From IMG/VR virus record IMGVR_UViG_3300040809_000188, positions 8,031-72,030 of that record: DNA of 64,000 bases. The stretch is one strand, 5' to 3'. The position numbers and the translations under genes were made by a program. This stretch comes from a virus. Each line of letters starts with the position of its first letter. Positions within the stretch are counted from its first letter, which is position 1. Below are positions 9,392 through 17,522 of this stretch, piece after piece. The notes under the pieces were generated by a model. That model was not told where the DNA came from. It worked only from the letters and a program-made list of their open reading frames with translations, and made no database searches.

Positions 9392-10437
9392 GTTTTCTTA
9401 ATAATGTGATTGCTGGTATTGATAATACACATGTAGCCAGCAGTGGTGAGAATAGTTCAGAGTTTTCTGGAACTATTGATACAGGTTCATACATTCTCAA
9501 TGCGGCTATGTCTGGTAGTCTGTATGGGGGTGTGCCTAATAATAAGATAGTAGCATTCGCTGGTGAAAGTGCAACTGGTAAGACCTTTTTCGTTCTAGGT
9601 GTTATCAAGCAGTTTCTTGATGATAATCCTGATGGTGGTGTTATCTACTTTGATACAGAAGCCGCTGTTACTAAGAACATGATGACCACTAGAGGCATTG
9701 ATGTAGATAGAGTTGTTATCAGTGAGCCACAATCTATTGAAGAGTTTCGGACAAATGCTGTTCGTATGCTTGATTCATACAATGATAGTAGCGAACAACC
9801 ACCTATGATGATGGTGCTTGATTCACTTGGTATGTTATCATCTGTAAAAGAACTGGAAGATACTGCTTCTGGTAAGCAAGCAAGAGACATGACAAAGGCT
9901 CAACTATTGCGTGGTACTTTCCGTGTTCTATCTCTGAAACTTGCAAAAGCGAATGTGCCTCTGCTTGTAACTAATCATGTCTATGATGTGGTCGGTGCTT
10001 ACATACCTACTAAAGAAATCTCTGGTGGTAGTGGATTGAAATACGCCGCTTCATCCATTGCTATGCTTAGTAAGAAAAAGGACAAAGATGGTACTGATGT
10101 TGTTGGTAATATCATCAAGGTCACTATGCACAAGTCTCGCTTCACTAAAGAGAACAAGAAAGTGGAAGTGAAACTGTCCTATGATACTGGTCTAGACAGA
10201 TACTATGGCTTGCTAGAACTTGCAGAGAAGTATGATATCATCAAAAAGGTATCAACTCGTTACGAACTACCTGATGGTACAAAGGTGTTTGGTAAGAACA
10301 TCAATGAAGACCCTGAGAAGTACTTCACAGAAGAAGTAATGGCTCAACTAGAAGAAGCGGCTCATAAAGAGTTTATGTATGGTCGTGATGAAGATGAAGA
10401 AGTAGTAGAAAATGATGAAGAGGTAGTTGTGCAATGA
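9388..10437 (+). CDS. uvsX: RecA-like recombinase
   Basis: AGESATGKT, YFDTE, LDSLGML, GGSGLKYAAS, KSRF. Confidence 0.96.
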   Translation: MSFLNNVIAGIDNTHVASSGENSSEFSGTIDTGSYILNAAMSGSLYGGVPNNKIVAFAGESATGKTFFVLGVIKQFLDDNPDGGVIYFDTEAAVTKNMMTTRGIDVDRVVISEPQSIEEFRTNAVRMLDSYNDSSEQPPMMMVLDSLGMLSSVKELEDTASGKQARDMTKAQLLRGTFRVLSLKLAKANVPLLVTNHVYDVVGAYIPTKEISGGSGLKYAASSIAMLSKKKDKDGTDVVGNIIKVTMHKSRFTKENKKVEVKLSYDTGLDRYYGLLELAEKYDIIKKVSTRYELPDGTKVFGKNINEDPEKYFTEEVMAQLEEAAHKEFMYGRDEDEEVVENDEEVVVQ

Positions 10438-10685
10438 CGATAACTTTTTTGAAAAAACTTGGTAAAAATCTATTCACACTTCTCGCATTGTGTGGATTGA
10501 TATACTCTTTCCTTGTTGTTAGCGACAAGTATTTCGGTGAAGCACTATATGGTCTCATTGCTTTTGTTGTACTATTCACTGCGTATTGGATAACAGAGCG
10601 CAGTTGGGATGAAGCAAAGGAAGATCATAAAGAAGTTAGATATGTAAACTATTTGGGTGGAAAGAAGAACGATGACTCAGTATAA
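10434..10685 (+). CDS. small membrane protein
   Basis: Two hydrophobic helices; coupled start/stop overlaps. Confidence 0.6.
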   Translation: MTITFLKKLGKNLFTLLALCGLIYSFLVVSDKYFGEALYGLIAFVVLFTAYWITERSWDEAKEDHKEVRYVNYLGGKKNDDSV

Positions 10686-10968
10686 TATCATTCAACATAA
10701 AGATGCGTTTCATGAAGACTTGATGTGTATTGAAGTTGAAGACGGCCCATATAAAGGAGTTGTCTTTCAATATGACAATCTAAGATTGGATGAGGATGAA
10801 GACGATGACGCAAAGGTTAGTTTCAACTTTATCACTGTCAAAAACGAACAAGGTCTTGACTTGACATCTGAAGACTTTATTGATATACTTGGCGAGATAC
10901 TAAACGAACTACTAAGGGATTTTGTTGATGCGAATCGAACTGATGGTGCTGAAGCACCTTCTGAATGA
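10672..10968 (+). CDS. gp40-like protein
   Basis: Position between uvsX and gp41 as in T4; GPYKGVVFQY..ILGEILNELL. Confidence 0.55.
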   Translation: MTQYNIIQHKDAFHEDLMCIEVEDGPYKGVVFQYDNLRLDEDEDDDAKVSFNFITVKNEQGLDLTSEDFIDILGEILNELLRDFVDANRTDGAEAPSE

Positions 10969-12340
10969 TGAAGGTTATGCTAGACGTACATTGCCATATC
11001 TCAAGTCAGATTATTTTCAAGAACGACATGAGAAGACTATCTATCAAGAGATTGACAAGTACATTTCACAGTACAATGCTTTGCCTACTAGAGAAGCACT
11101 TGTCATTGAACTAGATAATAATGGTAAGATTTCTGATGAAGATTTTACTGAATGTAGTTCGATTATTGGTGAACTAACAATCACAGAAGAAGTCGATAAA
11201 GAATGGCTTATTGAAAAGACTGAGAAGTTCTGTCAAGAGAAGGCTATCTACAATGCAATCATGCAGTCGATATCAATCATTGAAGGCGATACAAAAAGCG
11301 AGAAAGGAGAAATCCCTGAACTCCTATCTGATGCGCTTTCTGTGTCTTTTGACCCTAGCATCGGTCACGACTTTTTGGATGACAGTGATGATCGGTGGGA
11401 TTTTTATCATCGCATTGAAGAGCGCATTCCATTCGACATTGACTACCTTAACAAGATTACTAAAGGTGGTCTTCCGAAGAAGTCATTGAATATTATTCTT
11501 GCTGGCACAGGCGTAGGTAAATCACTTGCGATGTGTCATATGGCTAGTGCGAATCTTCTAAACGGTAAGAATGTTCTCTATATCACAATGGAAATGGCAG
11601 AAGAGAAGATTGCAGAACGTATTGATGCTAATCTATTGAATGTATCACTAGATGATTTGCAATCACTGTCAAAAGAGATGTATGACAAAAAGATTACCAG
11701 AGTAAAAGGTAAGACATCTGGTAAACTGATTGTCAAAGAGTATCCAACTGCATCTGCACACACTGGACACTTTCGTCACTTATTGAATGAACTGCGACTA
11801 AAGAGATCGTTTATTCCAGATATTATTTACGTTGATTATCTAAATATCTGCATGTCATCACGAATCAAGTCTGGTGCTAATGTCAACTCATACACCCTCA
11901 TAAAAGCGATTGCAGAGGAACTGAGAGGACTTGCGGTGGAAAGAGTGGTTCCTATTGTGTCTGCAACACAGACAACTCGTAGCGGCTACACAAGTTCAGA
12001 CATTGGACTTGAGGACACATCTGAATCATTTGGTTTGCCTGCTACTGCCGACTTTATGTTTGCTCTTATCTCTACTGAAGAACTTGAAGAGTTGAATCAG
12101 ATTATGGTAAAGCAGTTGAAGAATAGATACAATGATCCTACACTCTACAAAAGATTTGTGGTGGGTGTAGACAGAGCAAAGATGCGTCTGTATGATGTAG
12201 AACAAGAAGCCCAAGGTGATGTTCTTGACGGCCCAGTCATGGACAACTCAGAGTTTGGACAAAGAGACAACGAAGAACAAATGATGAAATGGGCAACAAA
12301 AACGATGGGTAGAAAGGACTTTAGTGGACTAAAGGTATGA
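10928..12340 (+). CDS. gp41: replicative DNA helicase
   Basis: LAGTGVGKSL, YITMEM, VDYLNI, SATQTTR, SESFGLPATAD, KNRY. Confidence 0.97.
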   Translation: MRIELMVLKHLLNDEGYARRTLPYLKSDYFQERHEKTIYQEIDKYISQYNALPTREALVIELDNNGKISDEDFTECSSIIGELTITEEVDKEWLIEKTEKFCQEKAIYNAIMQSISIIEGDTKSEKGEIPELLSDALSVSFDPSIGHDFLDDSDDRWDFYHRIEERIPFDIDYLNKITKGGLPKKSLNIILAGTGVGKSLAMCHMASANLLNGKNVLYITMEMAEEKIAERIDANLLNVSLDDLQSLSKEMYDKKITRVKGKTSGKLIVKEYPTASAHTGHFRHLLNELRLKRSFIPDIIYVDYLNICMSSRIKSGANVNSYTLIKAIAEELRGLAVERVVPIVSATQTTRSGYTSSDIGLEDTSESFGLPATADFMFALISTEELEELNQIMVKQLKNRYNDPTLYKRFVVGVDRAKMRLYDVEQEAQGDVLDGPVMDNSEFGQRDNEEQMMKWATKTMGRKDFSGLKV

Positions 12341-12531
12341 TAGAACTTGCATATGCTGGAATGGTAATATGTAAACTTGTATCACAAGATATCGATGAGA
12401 ACAGTACTGACAAAGATAGATTATGTGAGTACAAATGTCAGGACAAAAGAAAGAATGAAGTGGTGTACACACCTAACATTTACAACTGTCCTACAGTATT
12501 ATATGTTGACAAACTAAAGGATGATTCATGA
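12337..12531 (+). CDS. small Cys-containing hypothetical protein
   Basis: 64 aa with 4 Cys; ATGA overlaps with both neighbours. Confidence 0.55.
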   Translation: MIELAYAGMVICKLVSQDIDENSTDKDRLCEYKCQDKRKNEVVYTPNIYNCPTVLYVDKLKDDS

Positions 12532-12728
12532 ACTACGAAGTACGAAGACACGGCGAAAACTACAAGATTTACGAAATACCAACACAACAATACATCTATA
12601 AAGATAGTCAGCGAATCACCGCCGAATCACTTTGCGATTCGCTGAATAAGGGTTCAGGATTTGATGGAGAAACTCCTCGATTTTTCAACAACTTAGCAAG
12701 TGGGGTTGACATCAGTGAGTTTACTTGA
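12528..12728 (+). CDS. hypothetical protein
   Basis: SD AAGGA; LNKGSGFDGETPRFF. Confidence 0.6.
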   Translation: MNYEVRRHGENYKIYEIPTQQYIYKDSQRITAESLCDSLNKGSGFDGETPRFFNNLASGVDISEFT

Positions 12729-12734
12729 TATATT
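12706..12734 (+). promoter_or_regulatory. sigma70-type promoter, probably leaderless
   Basis: TTGACA-17-TATATT, ATG 6 nt downstream. Confidence 0.75.
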
Positions 12735-12740
12735 ACAACC

Positions 12741-13109
12741 ATGCTGATGATTGAGGTACATGGTGCTAGAAAGACTAAAGCGGCTCTCGCAAGGGATGCC
12801 GCTATCTTTGCTTTTGAATACTTGATGCCTAGAATGAGAAAGCAAGTAGACGTTGAGATTACCTTCACTAGAATGTATGATGTCTATGGTTATCAAGCAG
12901 AGGTCGGTGATCGTGAGTTTGAGATTGAGTTAGACAACAGATTAAAGGGTGATGATCTTTTGACTGCTATCTTTCATGAGGTAACTCACTGTGTTCAAGA
13001 CTTGAGAGGTCAGAAGGGTGGTTGGGAACTGCCTTATGAAGAGCGTCCTTTTGAGATTGAAGCGTATGCTATGCAAGAAGAAATCTTAGAAAAGTGGAAA
13101 AAAAGATAA
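12741..13109 (+). CDS. zincin-like metallopeptidase
   Basis: HEVTH plus PYEERPFEIEAY. Confidence 0.75.
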   Translation: MLMIEVHGARKTKAALARDAAIFAFEYLMPRMRKQVDVEITFTRMYDVYGYQAEVGDREFEIELDNRLKGDDLLTAIFHEVTHCVQDLRGQKGGWELPYEERPFEIEAYAMQEEILEKWKKR

Positions 13110-13117
13110 AAAAGACC

Positions 13118-13185
13118 TTGACATTTTCCGAAAATATGGTATAAATGTAAAGTAAGTTAGTTAAGTGATTCGCAATGAGAGAGGT
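13118..13185 (+). promoter_or_regulatory. early promoter with conserved leader (TGATTCG box, GAGAGAGGT RBS)
   Basis: TTGACA-16-TATAAA, then GTAAGTTAGTTAAG-TGATTCGC-AATGAGAGAGGT. Confidence 0.8.
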
Positions 13186-13191
13186 TTGATT

Positions 13192-13545
13192 ATGGCTTAT
13201 ATTTCACAAGAACAGAAGAAAGAACTTGCCCCTGCTATTAAAGCGGTTCTCAAGAAGTACAATATGAAGGGTAGCATCGGCATTGACAATCACAGTAGTC
13301 TGCGTGTTCGTGTTACTGAAGGCCCTTTGAAGTTTGATGATTATGAGCAAGTCAACACTTACCACATTGAAAAGTTCTACGGTAAAGACACTAAAGAAAC
13401 TGCTTTTCTGACTGAACTTGTCGCCGCTATGAAAGGCACTAAGTGGTACAACAACAGCGACTACATGACTGACTATTTTGATGTCGCTTATTGGATTGAT
13501 GTTCATGTTGGTCGGTGGGATAAAGCCTACCAGCAGACTGTTTAA
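13192..13545 (+). CDS. early hypothetical protein
   Basis: MAYISQE start after strong RBS. Confidence 0.75.
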   Translation: MAYISQEQKKELAPAIKAVLKKYNMKGSIGIDNHSSLRVRVTEGPLKFDDYEQVNTYHIEKFYGKDTKETAFLTELVAAMKGTKWYNNSDYMTDYFDVAYWIDVHVGRWDKAYQQTV

Positions 13546-13559
13546 GAAGAGAGGTTATT

Positions 13560-13757
13560 ATGAAAGAACTTTGGATTGAAGCGGAAAATCGGGTCTATTA
13601 TGCACTCGCTGATGCTATTGTCACTGGTTGTGAACATGTCACTGAGATGGTTGAAAAGGCCGAAATCCTTGAAACTGATATTGAGTTTCTTGGTGAGGAT
13701 ATGGTTCAAGATATCGCAACTGAAGTTTGGAACGAATATTGGACACAGTTTGAATAA
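13560..13757 (+). CDS. early hypothetical protein (acidic)
   Basis: RBS AGAGAGGT. Confidence 0.7.
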   Translation: MKELWIEAENRVYYALADAIVTGCEHVTEMVEKAEILETDIEFLGEDMVQDIATEVWNEYWTQFE

Positions 13758-13762
13758 AGCCC

Positions 13763-13817
13763 TTGACAAATTCTGTAGTTGTGGTAATATATCAGTATAG
13801 TGATTCGCAAGAGAGGT
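13763..13817 (+). promoter_or_regulatory. early promoter with TGATTCG leader
   Basis: TTGACA-16-TAATAT, GTATAG-TGATTCGC-AAGAGAGGT. Confidence 0.8.
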
Positions 13818-13823
13818 GAAAAT

Positions 13824-14012
13824 ATGTGGGTAGCAAAACCAAATTTGAATAACAACACAGGTCTCAAAGAGTTTGAGAATGTGAAAGAAGCAGTTGCATA
13901 CTTGGAAGAGTACACTGGTATTGAAATGGCTTATGAGCGCAATCGCAAGACAAAAAAGATCACTTACGATTGGGAACTGATTGGTAAACTTTGGGAGACT
14001 GCTAATGTCTAA
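13824..14012 (+). CDS. early hypothetical protein
   Basis: ATG after GAGAGGT RBS. Confidence 0.7.
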   Translation: MWVAKPNLNNNTGLKEFENVKEAVAYLEEYTGIEMAYERNRKTKKITYDWELIGKLWETANV

Positions 14013-14352
14013 GATGTGGAAACTTCATCAGATTGTTCTGACCAATGATATTGTTGACTTGATCAACCAAGAGGGTTTTCAAGCCCATGTAAAAGGTGTT
14101 GCTTACACTGAAGCATTGATGAAGGGTGATCCTAAGATTGGTTTGATGCACAAGTGTTATGATCATGTCGCCAACATTATTGCTGATGATTTAGAGCATT
14201 GCTTTGAGGTTGGTAACATCGGTCCTGAAGATCGGATTGAGAAGTTGGATAAGATGCACTCGATTTCTGTTGGTGACATTCTTGAGGATGACACGGGCAA
14301 GAAGTTTGTTTGTGCGAAGTCTGGTTGGGAAGAAGTGAAAGAGGTGGCATGA
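14005..14352 (+). CDS. early hypothetical protein
   Basis: SD GGAG; MHSISVGDI motif. Confidence 0.7.
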   Translation: MSKMWKLHQIVLTNDIVDLINQEGFQAHVKGVAYTEALMKGDPKIGLMHKCYDHVANIIADDLEHCFEVGNIGPEDRIEKLDKMHSISVGDILEDDTGKKFVCAKSGWEEVKEVA

Positions 14353-14570
14353 TGAGTAATCAACGAGGTTTGAAACGCAACAAAGCGGTTTTTAATGACG
14401 GTGGTTCTATGCTCCGACAGATCATCAACTTTGCGGAAGAGGCAGAAGAACTGCTAGAGAAGCAAGGTGAGGAAGACGCCGCTTTTTACTTTGGACAGTT
14501 GAAGGATTGGTTGCGTGATAATCCGGCTAAAGGTTTTTCTGTTCCAACTCATACTATTTTGGGTTTGTAG
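14349..14570 (+). CDS. early hypothetical protein
   Basis: SD GAGGT, ATGA overlap. Confidence 0.65.
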   Translation: MMSNQRGLKRNKAVFNDGGSMLRQIINFAEEAEELLEKQGEEDAAFYFGQLKDWLRDNPAKGFSVPTHTILGL

Positions 14571-14581
14571 TAAAAAAGGCC

Positions 14582-14640
14582 TTGACAAACTAGTCAACAT
14601 TTGCTATAAAGTAAGTATAGTGATTCGCAAAGAGAGAGGT
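14582..14640 (+). promoter_or_regulatory. early promoter with TGATTCG leader
   Basis: TTGACA-17-TATAAA, GTAAGTATAG-TGATTCGC-AAAGAGAGAGGT; TTGAC-N6-GTCAA palindrome over the -35 box. Confidence 0.82.
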
Positions 14641-14646
14641 GAAGAA

Positions 14647-14991
14647 ATGAACGAAGTAATGACCCAGAAAATCGAAAAGTTGTTTGACGCTATTACTAAA
14701 GATTACGAAGATTGGGCCCGCCGTGCAAACATTAAACGCCGAACCGCTCAAGATTTTCGTGACAGCCTTGGTGTGATCGTAGGTAATAAATACATCAAAG
14801 TTACAGAGAACGGTAATCAGATGCGTGTTTGGGGTTTTGTTGTCAACACCGAAACTGATAAGAAGTTCAAGTTTGGTGACATTCTCATGGCGGCTGGTTG
14901 GAAAGCGCCTGCTCGTAACACTGCCCGTGGCAATGTTATGACTGAAGAGTTCAGTGCGGTTCAGTGGACTGGACCTGCTTACTTGCGCTAG
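14647..14991 (+). CDS. early hypothetical phage protein
   Basis: GNKYIKV..VWGFV..GDILMAAGWKAPARN..RGN. Confidence 0.75.
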   Translation: MNEVMTQKIEKLFDAITKDYEDWARRANIKRRTAQDFRDSLGVIVGNKYIKVTENGNQMRVWGFVVNTETDKKFKFGDILMAAGWKAPARNTARGNVMTEEFSAVQWTGPAYLR

Positions 14992-15155
14992 TCGCAAGCG
15001 TGATACGAGGCGGTCGGTCACGAAAATAGAATCAAAAAGCCCTGCCTAGGAAGTGGGTTGCCGTCTAAGTTTCAGAGTTTGGTTTGCCCGGCTACCTCTC
15101 TCTCATTAACTTACAAGCCGGGCGGTGGGCAGTTTATAAAACGTAAGACCCACCA
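14982..15155 (+). ncRNA. candidate structured sRNA with an anti-early-leader loop
   Basis: GC-rich intergenic region with several hairpins; GCCCGGCT/AGCCGGGC stem (15086-15123) presents loop ACCTCTCTCTCATTAACTTACA, complementary to early leaders. Confidence 0.65.
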
Positions 15156-15172
15156 TTTCATAAGAGGTAAAG

Positions 15173-15577
15173 ATGAAAAAGATTGTATTTGGATTGCTTG
15201 GTGTATGCGCTTTTGCTACAACAGCATATGCAGAAACCGTCACCGATCATTATAAAACGGTTATCAATCGCACACCATATCAAGTTGAAGTATGCACAGA
15301 TAAGCAAGTTTCTGGTGATAAGACTGGTGACATGCTCAAAGGAGCAATCATTGGTGGTATCATAGGAAACAATATCAAAGGAGAAGAAAATGGCGGTGCT
15401 ATGGGCGCTATTCTCGGCGGCATGCTTGGTCATTCAAATAGCACTGCTACTGGCGGCACTGCAAGGCAATGCGAAGTAGTAACACGCTATAATGAAGAAG
15501 CGATTCAAGTTTATTCGCATTCTACAGTGACATTTTATGATGATGGTAAACAATATACAGTGAGGTTTCAGAAATGA
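15173..15577 (+). CDS. glycine-zipper envelope protein
   Basis: Signal peptide; GAIIGGIIGN..GAMGAILGGMLG. Confidence 0.8.
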   Translation: MKKIVFGLLGVCAFATTAYAETVTDHYKTVINRTPYQVEVCTDKQVSGDKTGDMLKGAIIGGIIGNNIKGEENGGAMGAILGGMLGHSNSTATGGTARQCEVVTRYNEEAIQVYSHSTVTFYDDGKQYTVRFQK

Positions 15578-15819
15578 GTTTTGATTGGCCAAGAATACAT
15601 AAATGGGAAGAACGCATTGAGTCAGATGTAACAGATTCAGTTTATGAATATGTTATGGAACACTATGGTGTCGATGAAATCGTAGAGTTGACAGAAGAAC
15701 AAATCAAAGAAGTTGAAAACTTCAGAGATGAACTAAATGAATATAGTCCAATGCAATGGGGCTTCTCTAACCTGATTAATCATTGGGAAAGTGAAACTTG
15801 GGAAGCAGAGAATGAATAG
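15574..15819 (+). CDS. hypothetical protein
   Basis: ATGA overlap, SD GAGGT. Confidence 0.65.
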   Translation: MSFDWPRIHKWEERIESDVTDSVYEYVMEHYGVDEIVELTEEQIKEVENFRDELNEYSPMQWGFSNLINHWESETWEAENE

Positions 15820-16036
15820 ACGATATAGAATCTTTGGTGCTAGATATGAGTTGTCTGAAAAACTGATGGAGAATGACGATCAGTCATGGCCAGAAGAGAT
15901 TACAGCGAAACCAAAAGTGTTTCATGTGGAAATCACTGAAGACAAAAAGAGAGTTGCTTTTCTAACTCGTAATACATATGATGAAGCGAGAGCGATTGCA
16001 GAGGATTTTTGTAGTTATGGCAAGACGACTGTTTAA
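15812..16036 (+). CDS. hypothetical protein
   Basis: Tiled ORF in operon. Confidence 0.55.
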   Translation: MNRRYRIFGARYELSEKLMENDDQSWPEEITAKPKVFHVEITEDKKRVAFLTRNTYDEARAIAEDFCSYGKTTV

Positions 16037-16277
16037 GAATCGACATGGTGACACACAGTCATTTGAGTGGACAGAAGATAGAAACATTCTCTGGCGTGGT
16101 TCTCGCAGTCATGAAAGGATTACTTGGGACCCTCATGCTGATATCATTACAATGGTTGATCCCGCTGGTGGCCCCTATCTCGCAAAAGGTGATGTCATTG
16201 ACTTTCCAGAAGAGTTTGCTGGATATACGATTAAACACTTTGAGCAACACGATGAGGGCTATATAATACATGTGTGA
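16017..16277 (+). CDS. hypothetical protein
   Basis: KNRHGD..MVDPAGGPYL. Confidence 0.6.
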   Translation: MARRLFKNRHGDTQSFEWTEDRNILWRGSRSHERITWDPHADIITMVDPAGGPYLAKGDVIDFPEEFAGYTIKHFEQHDEGYIIHV

Positions 16278-16283
16278 TAGTTT

Positions 16284-16366
16284 GCGCCTATGGTGAAATT
16301 GGTAGACACGCTAGATTTAGGTTCTAGTGCGAAAGCGTGGGAGTTCGAGTCTCTCTAGGCGCACCA
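16284..16366 (+). tRNA. tRNA-Leu(TAG)
   Basis: GCGCCTA/TAGGCGC acceptor stem, long variable arm, TTCGA loop, encoded CCA. Confidence 0.95.
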
Positions 16367-16372
16367 AATTAT

Positions 16373-16448
16373 TCCCTGTTAGTTCAGTTGGTAGAACGGT
16401 GGACTGTTAATCCATATGTCGTTGGTTCGAGTCCAGCACAGGGAGCCA
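16373..16448 (+). tRNA. tRNA-Asn(GTT)
   Basis: TCCCTGT/ACAGGGA, anticodon loop CTGTTAA, CCA. Confidence 0.95.
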
Positions 16449-16451
16449 TTT

Positions 16452-16527
16452 GCTGAAGTAGCACAGTTGGTAGTGCAGTTGATTTGTAATCATCAGGTCG
16501 GGAGTTCGAGCCTCTCCTTCAGCACCA
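16452..16527 (+). tRNA. tRNA-Thr(TGT)
   Basis: GCTGAAG/CTTCAGC, anticodon loop TTTGTAA, CCA. Confidence 0.93.
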
Positions 16528-16528
16528 T

Positions 16529-16602
16529 GCGGTTATGATGTAAGGGTAGCCTATCTCGTTGCCAACGAGAATGTGAGAGTTCGATTCTCTCTAACCGCTC
16601 CA
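16529..16602 (+). tRNA. tRNA-Gly(GCC)
   Basis: GCGGTTA/TAACCGC, anticodon loop TTGCCAA, U73-CCA; weak D-stem. Confidence 0.88.
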
Positions 16603-16653
16603 TAAAGTAGTGTCATTCCTACTTAATAATCGAATGACTGGTGCCACCTGGGC

Positions 16654-16682
16654 AAAAGGGTTGACTTTGTTCAGCCCTTTTT
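16654..16682 (+). terminator. rho-independent terminator after tRNA cluster
   Basis: AAAAGGGTTGA..TCAGCCCTTTTT. Confidence 0.8.
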
Positions 16683-16688
16683 CTATTT

Positions 16689-16696
16689 TATAAATA
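16689..16696 (+). promoter_or_regulatory. T4-type late promoter
   Basis: TATAAATA; also found at 18755, 23220, 50503, 52223, 56275 and 60619. Confidence 0.8.
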
Positions 16697-16724
16697 GTGA
16701 GTAAATAAAACATACGAGGGTATC

Positions 16725-17522
16725 ATGCTTACATTTACTGAGCATCAAAATCTACAAGAGACAATCGGGCAGGCTGGACTTGACTATGAAATAAAGGTTC
16801 ACTCTGCTATGAAAGCGGCGAACATTGCAGGTCTAAATGCTGGTGACAAGCCAGGCGCTGGGTTTTCTAATGTTGGTGCTGGAGATATTGAAGCATCCTA
16901 TAATGGTAAACCTTTCAACATCGAAATCAAAGCAGGCGCCAAGGATCAAATGGGTGGTGGTTCTTTTCGTTATGACATGGCTACTGGAACATTTACACCA
17001 GCAAAAGAGATGGACCCAGAAGACTTGGACTTGTTGTTAGCGGCGGCTAAAGAAAAGACTGACGATATTAACAACTACATCAAGGCCGCTAGAAAGATTG
17101 AACCAGTTCAGTTTCACAAAAACATTTCTGGTATCCCTCTAAAAATATCTGTTGATGGTCGTGCAGAACTAAAGAAAAGAGGACTGCTTGCCAAAATCAA
17201 CAAGAACATCAAATCATCAACCGCATTTATCATTAAACACTACAACAAAAAGGGTGTGTATTACATCAATGTGGGTGGTGCTGGACTGTTCTATATGGGT
17301 AAAAATCCATTGAAACTTGATGTGCCAGAACTAAAAGGTGAGATTCAGATTGAAATGAGACTTGGTTTTGGTGGTGGTAAACTATCATTCCCTACACAAC
17401 CAGAGCCTACATCCGCTCGTTCTGCTGGACTAAGACTTCAAGGAAGACTCTTGACAAGAGGTAAATCTCCGTATAGTCTAGACAATGTAGAAGATATTAA
17501 GAAACTGTTTGGTGTGAAATGA
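16725..17522 (+). CDS. late protein with PD-(D/E)XK-like motif and capsid-targeting-like N-terminus
   Basis: MLTFTEHQNLQE start; GDIEAS..NIEIK. Confidence 0.55.
   Translation: MLTFTEHQNLQETIGQAGLDYEIKVHSAMKAANIAGLNAGDKPGAGFSNVGAGDIEASYNGKPFNIEIKAGAKDQMGGGSFRYDMATGTFTPAKEMDPEDLDLLLAAAKEKTDDINNYIKAARKIEPVQFHKNISGIPLKISVDGRAELKKRGLLAKINKNIKSSTAFIIKHYNKKGVYYINVGGAGLFYMGKNPLKLDVPELKGEIQIEMRLGFGGGKLSFPTQPEPTSARSAGLRLQGRLLTRGKSPYSLDNVEDIKKLFGVK

Noticed and set aside
13165-14646. GTG starts at 13165, 13800 and extended 14515 given by the ORF track
   Set aside because: These extensions run through the promoter and leader; true starts follow the GAGAGGT RBS (13192, 13824, 14647)
15058-15255. 65-aa ORF across the candidate sRNA
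   Set aside because: TTG start without RBS, overlaps the next gene, and the region is better explained by RNA structure
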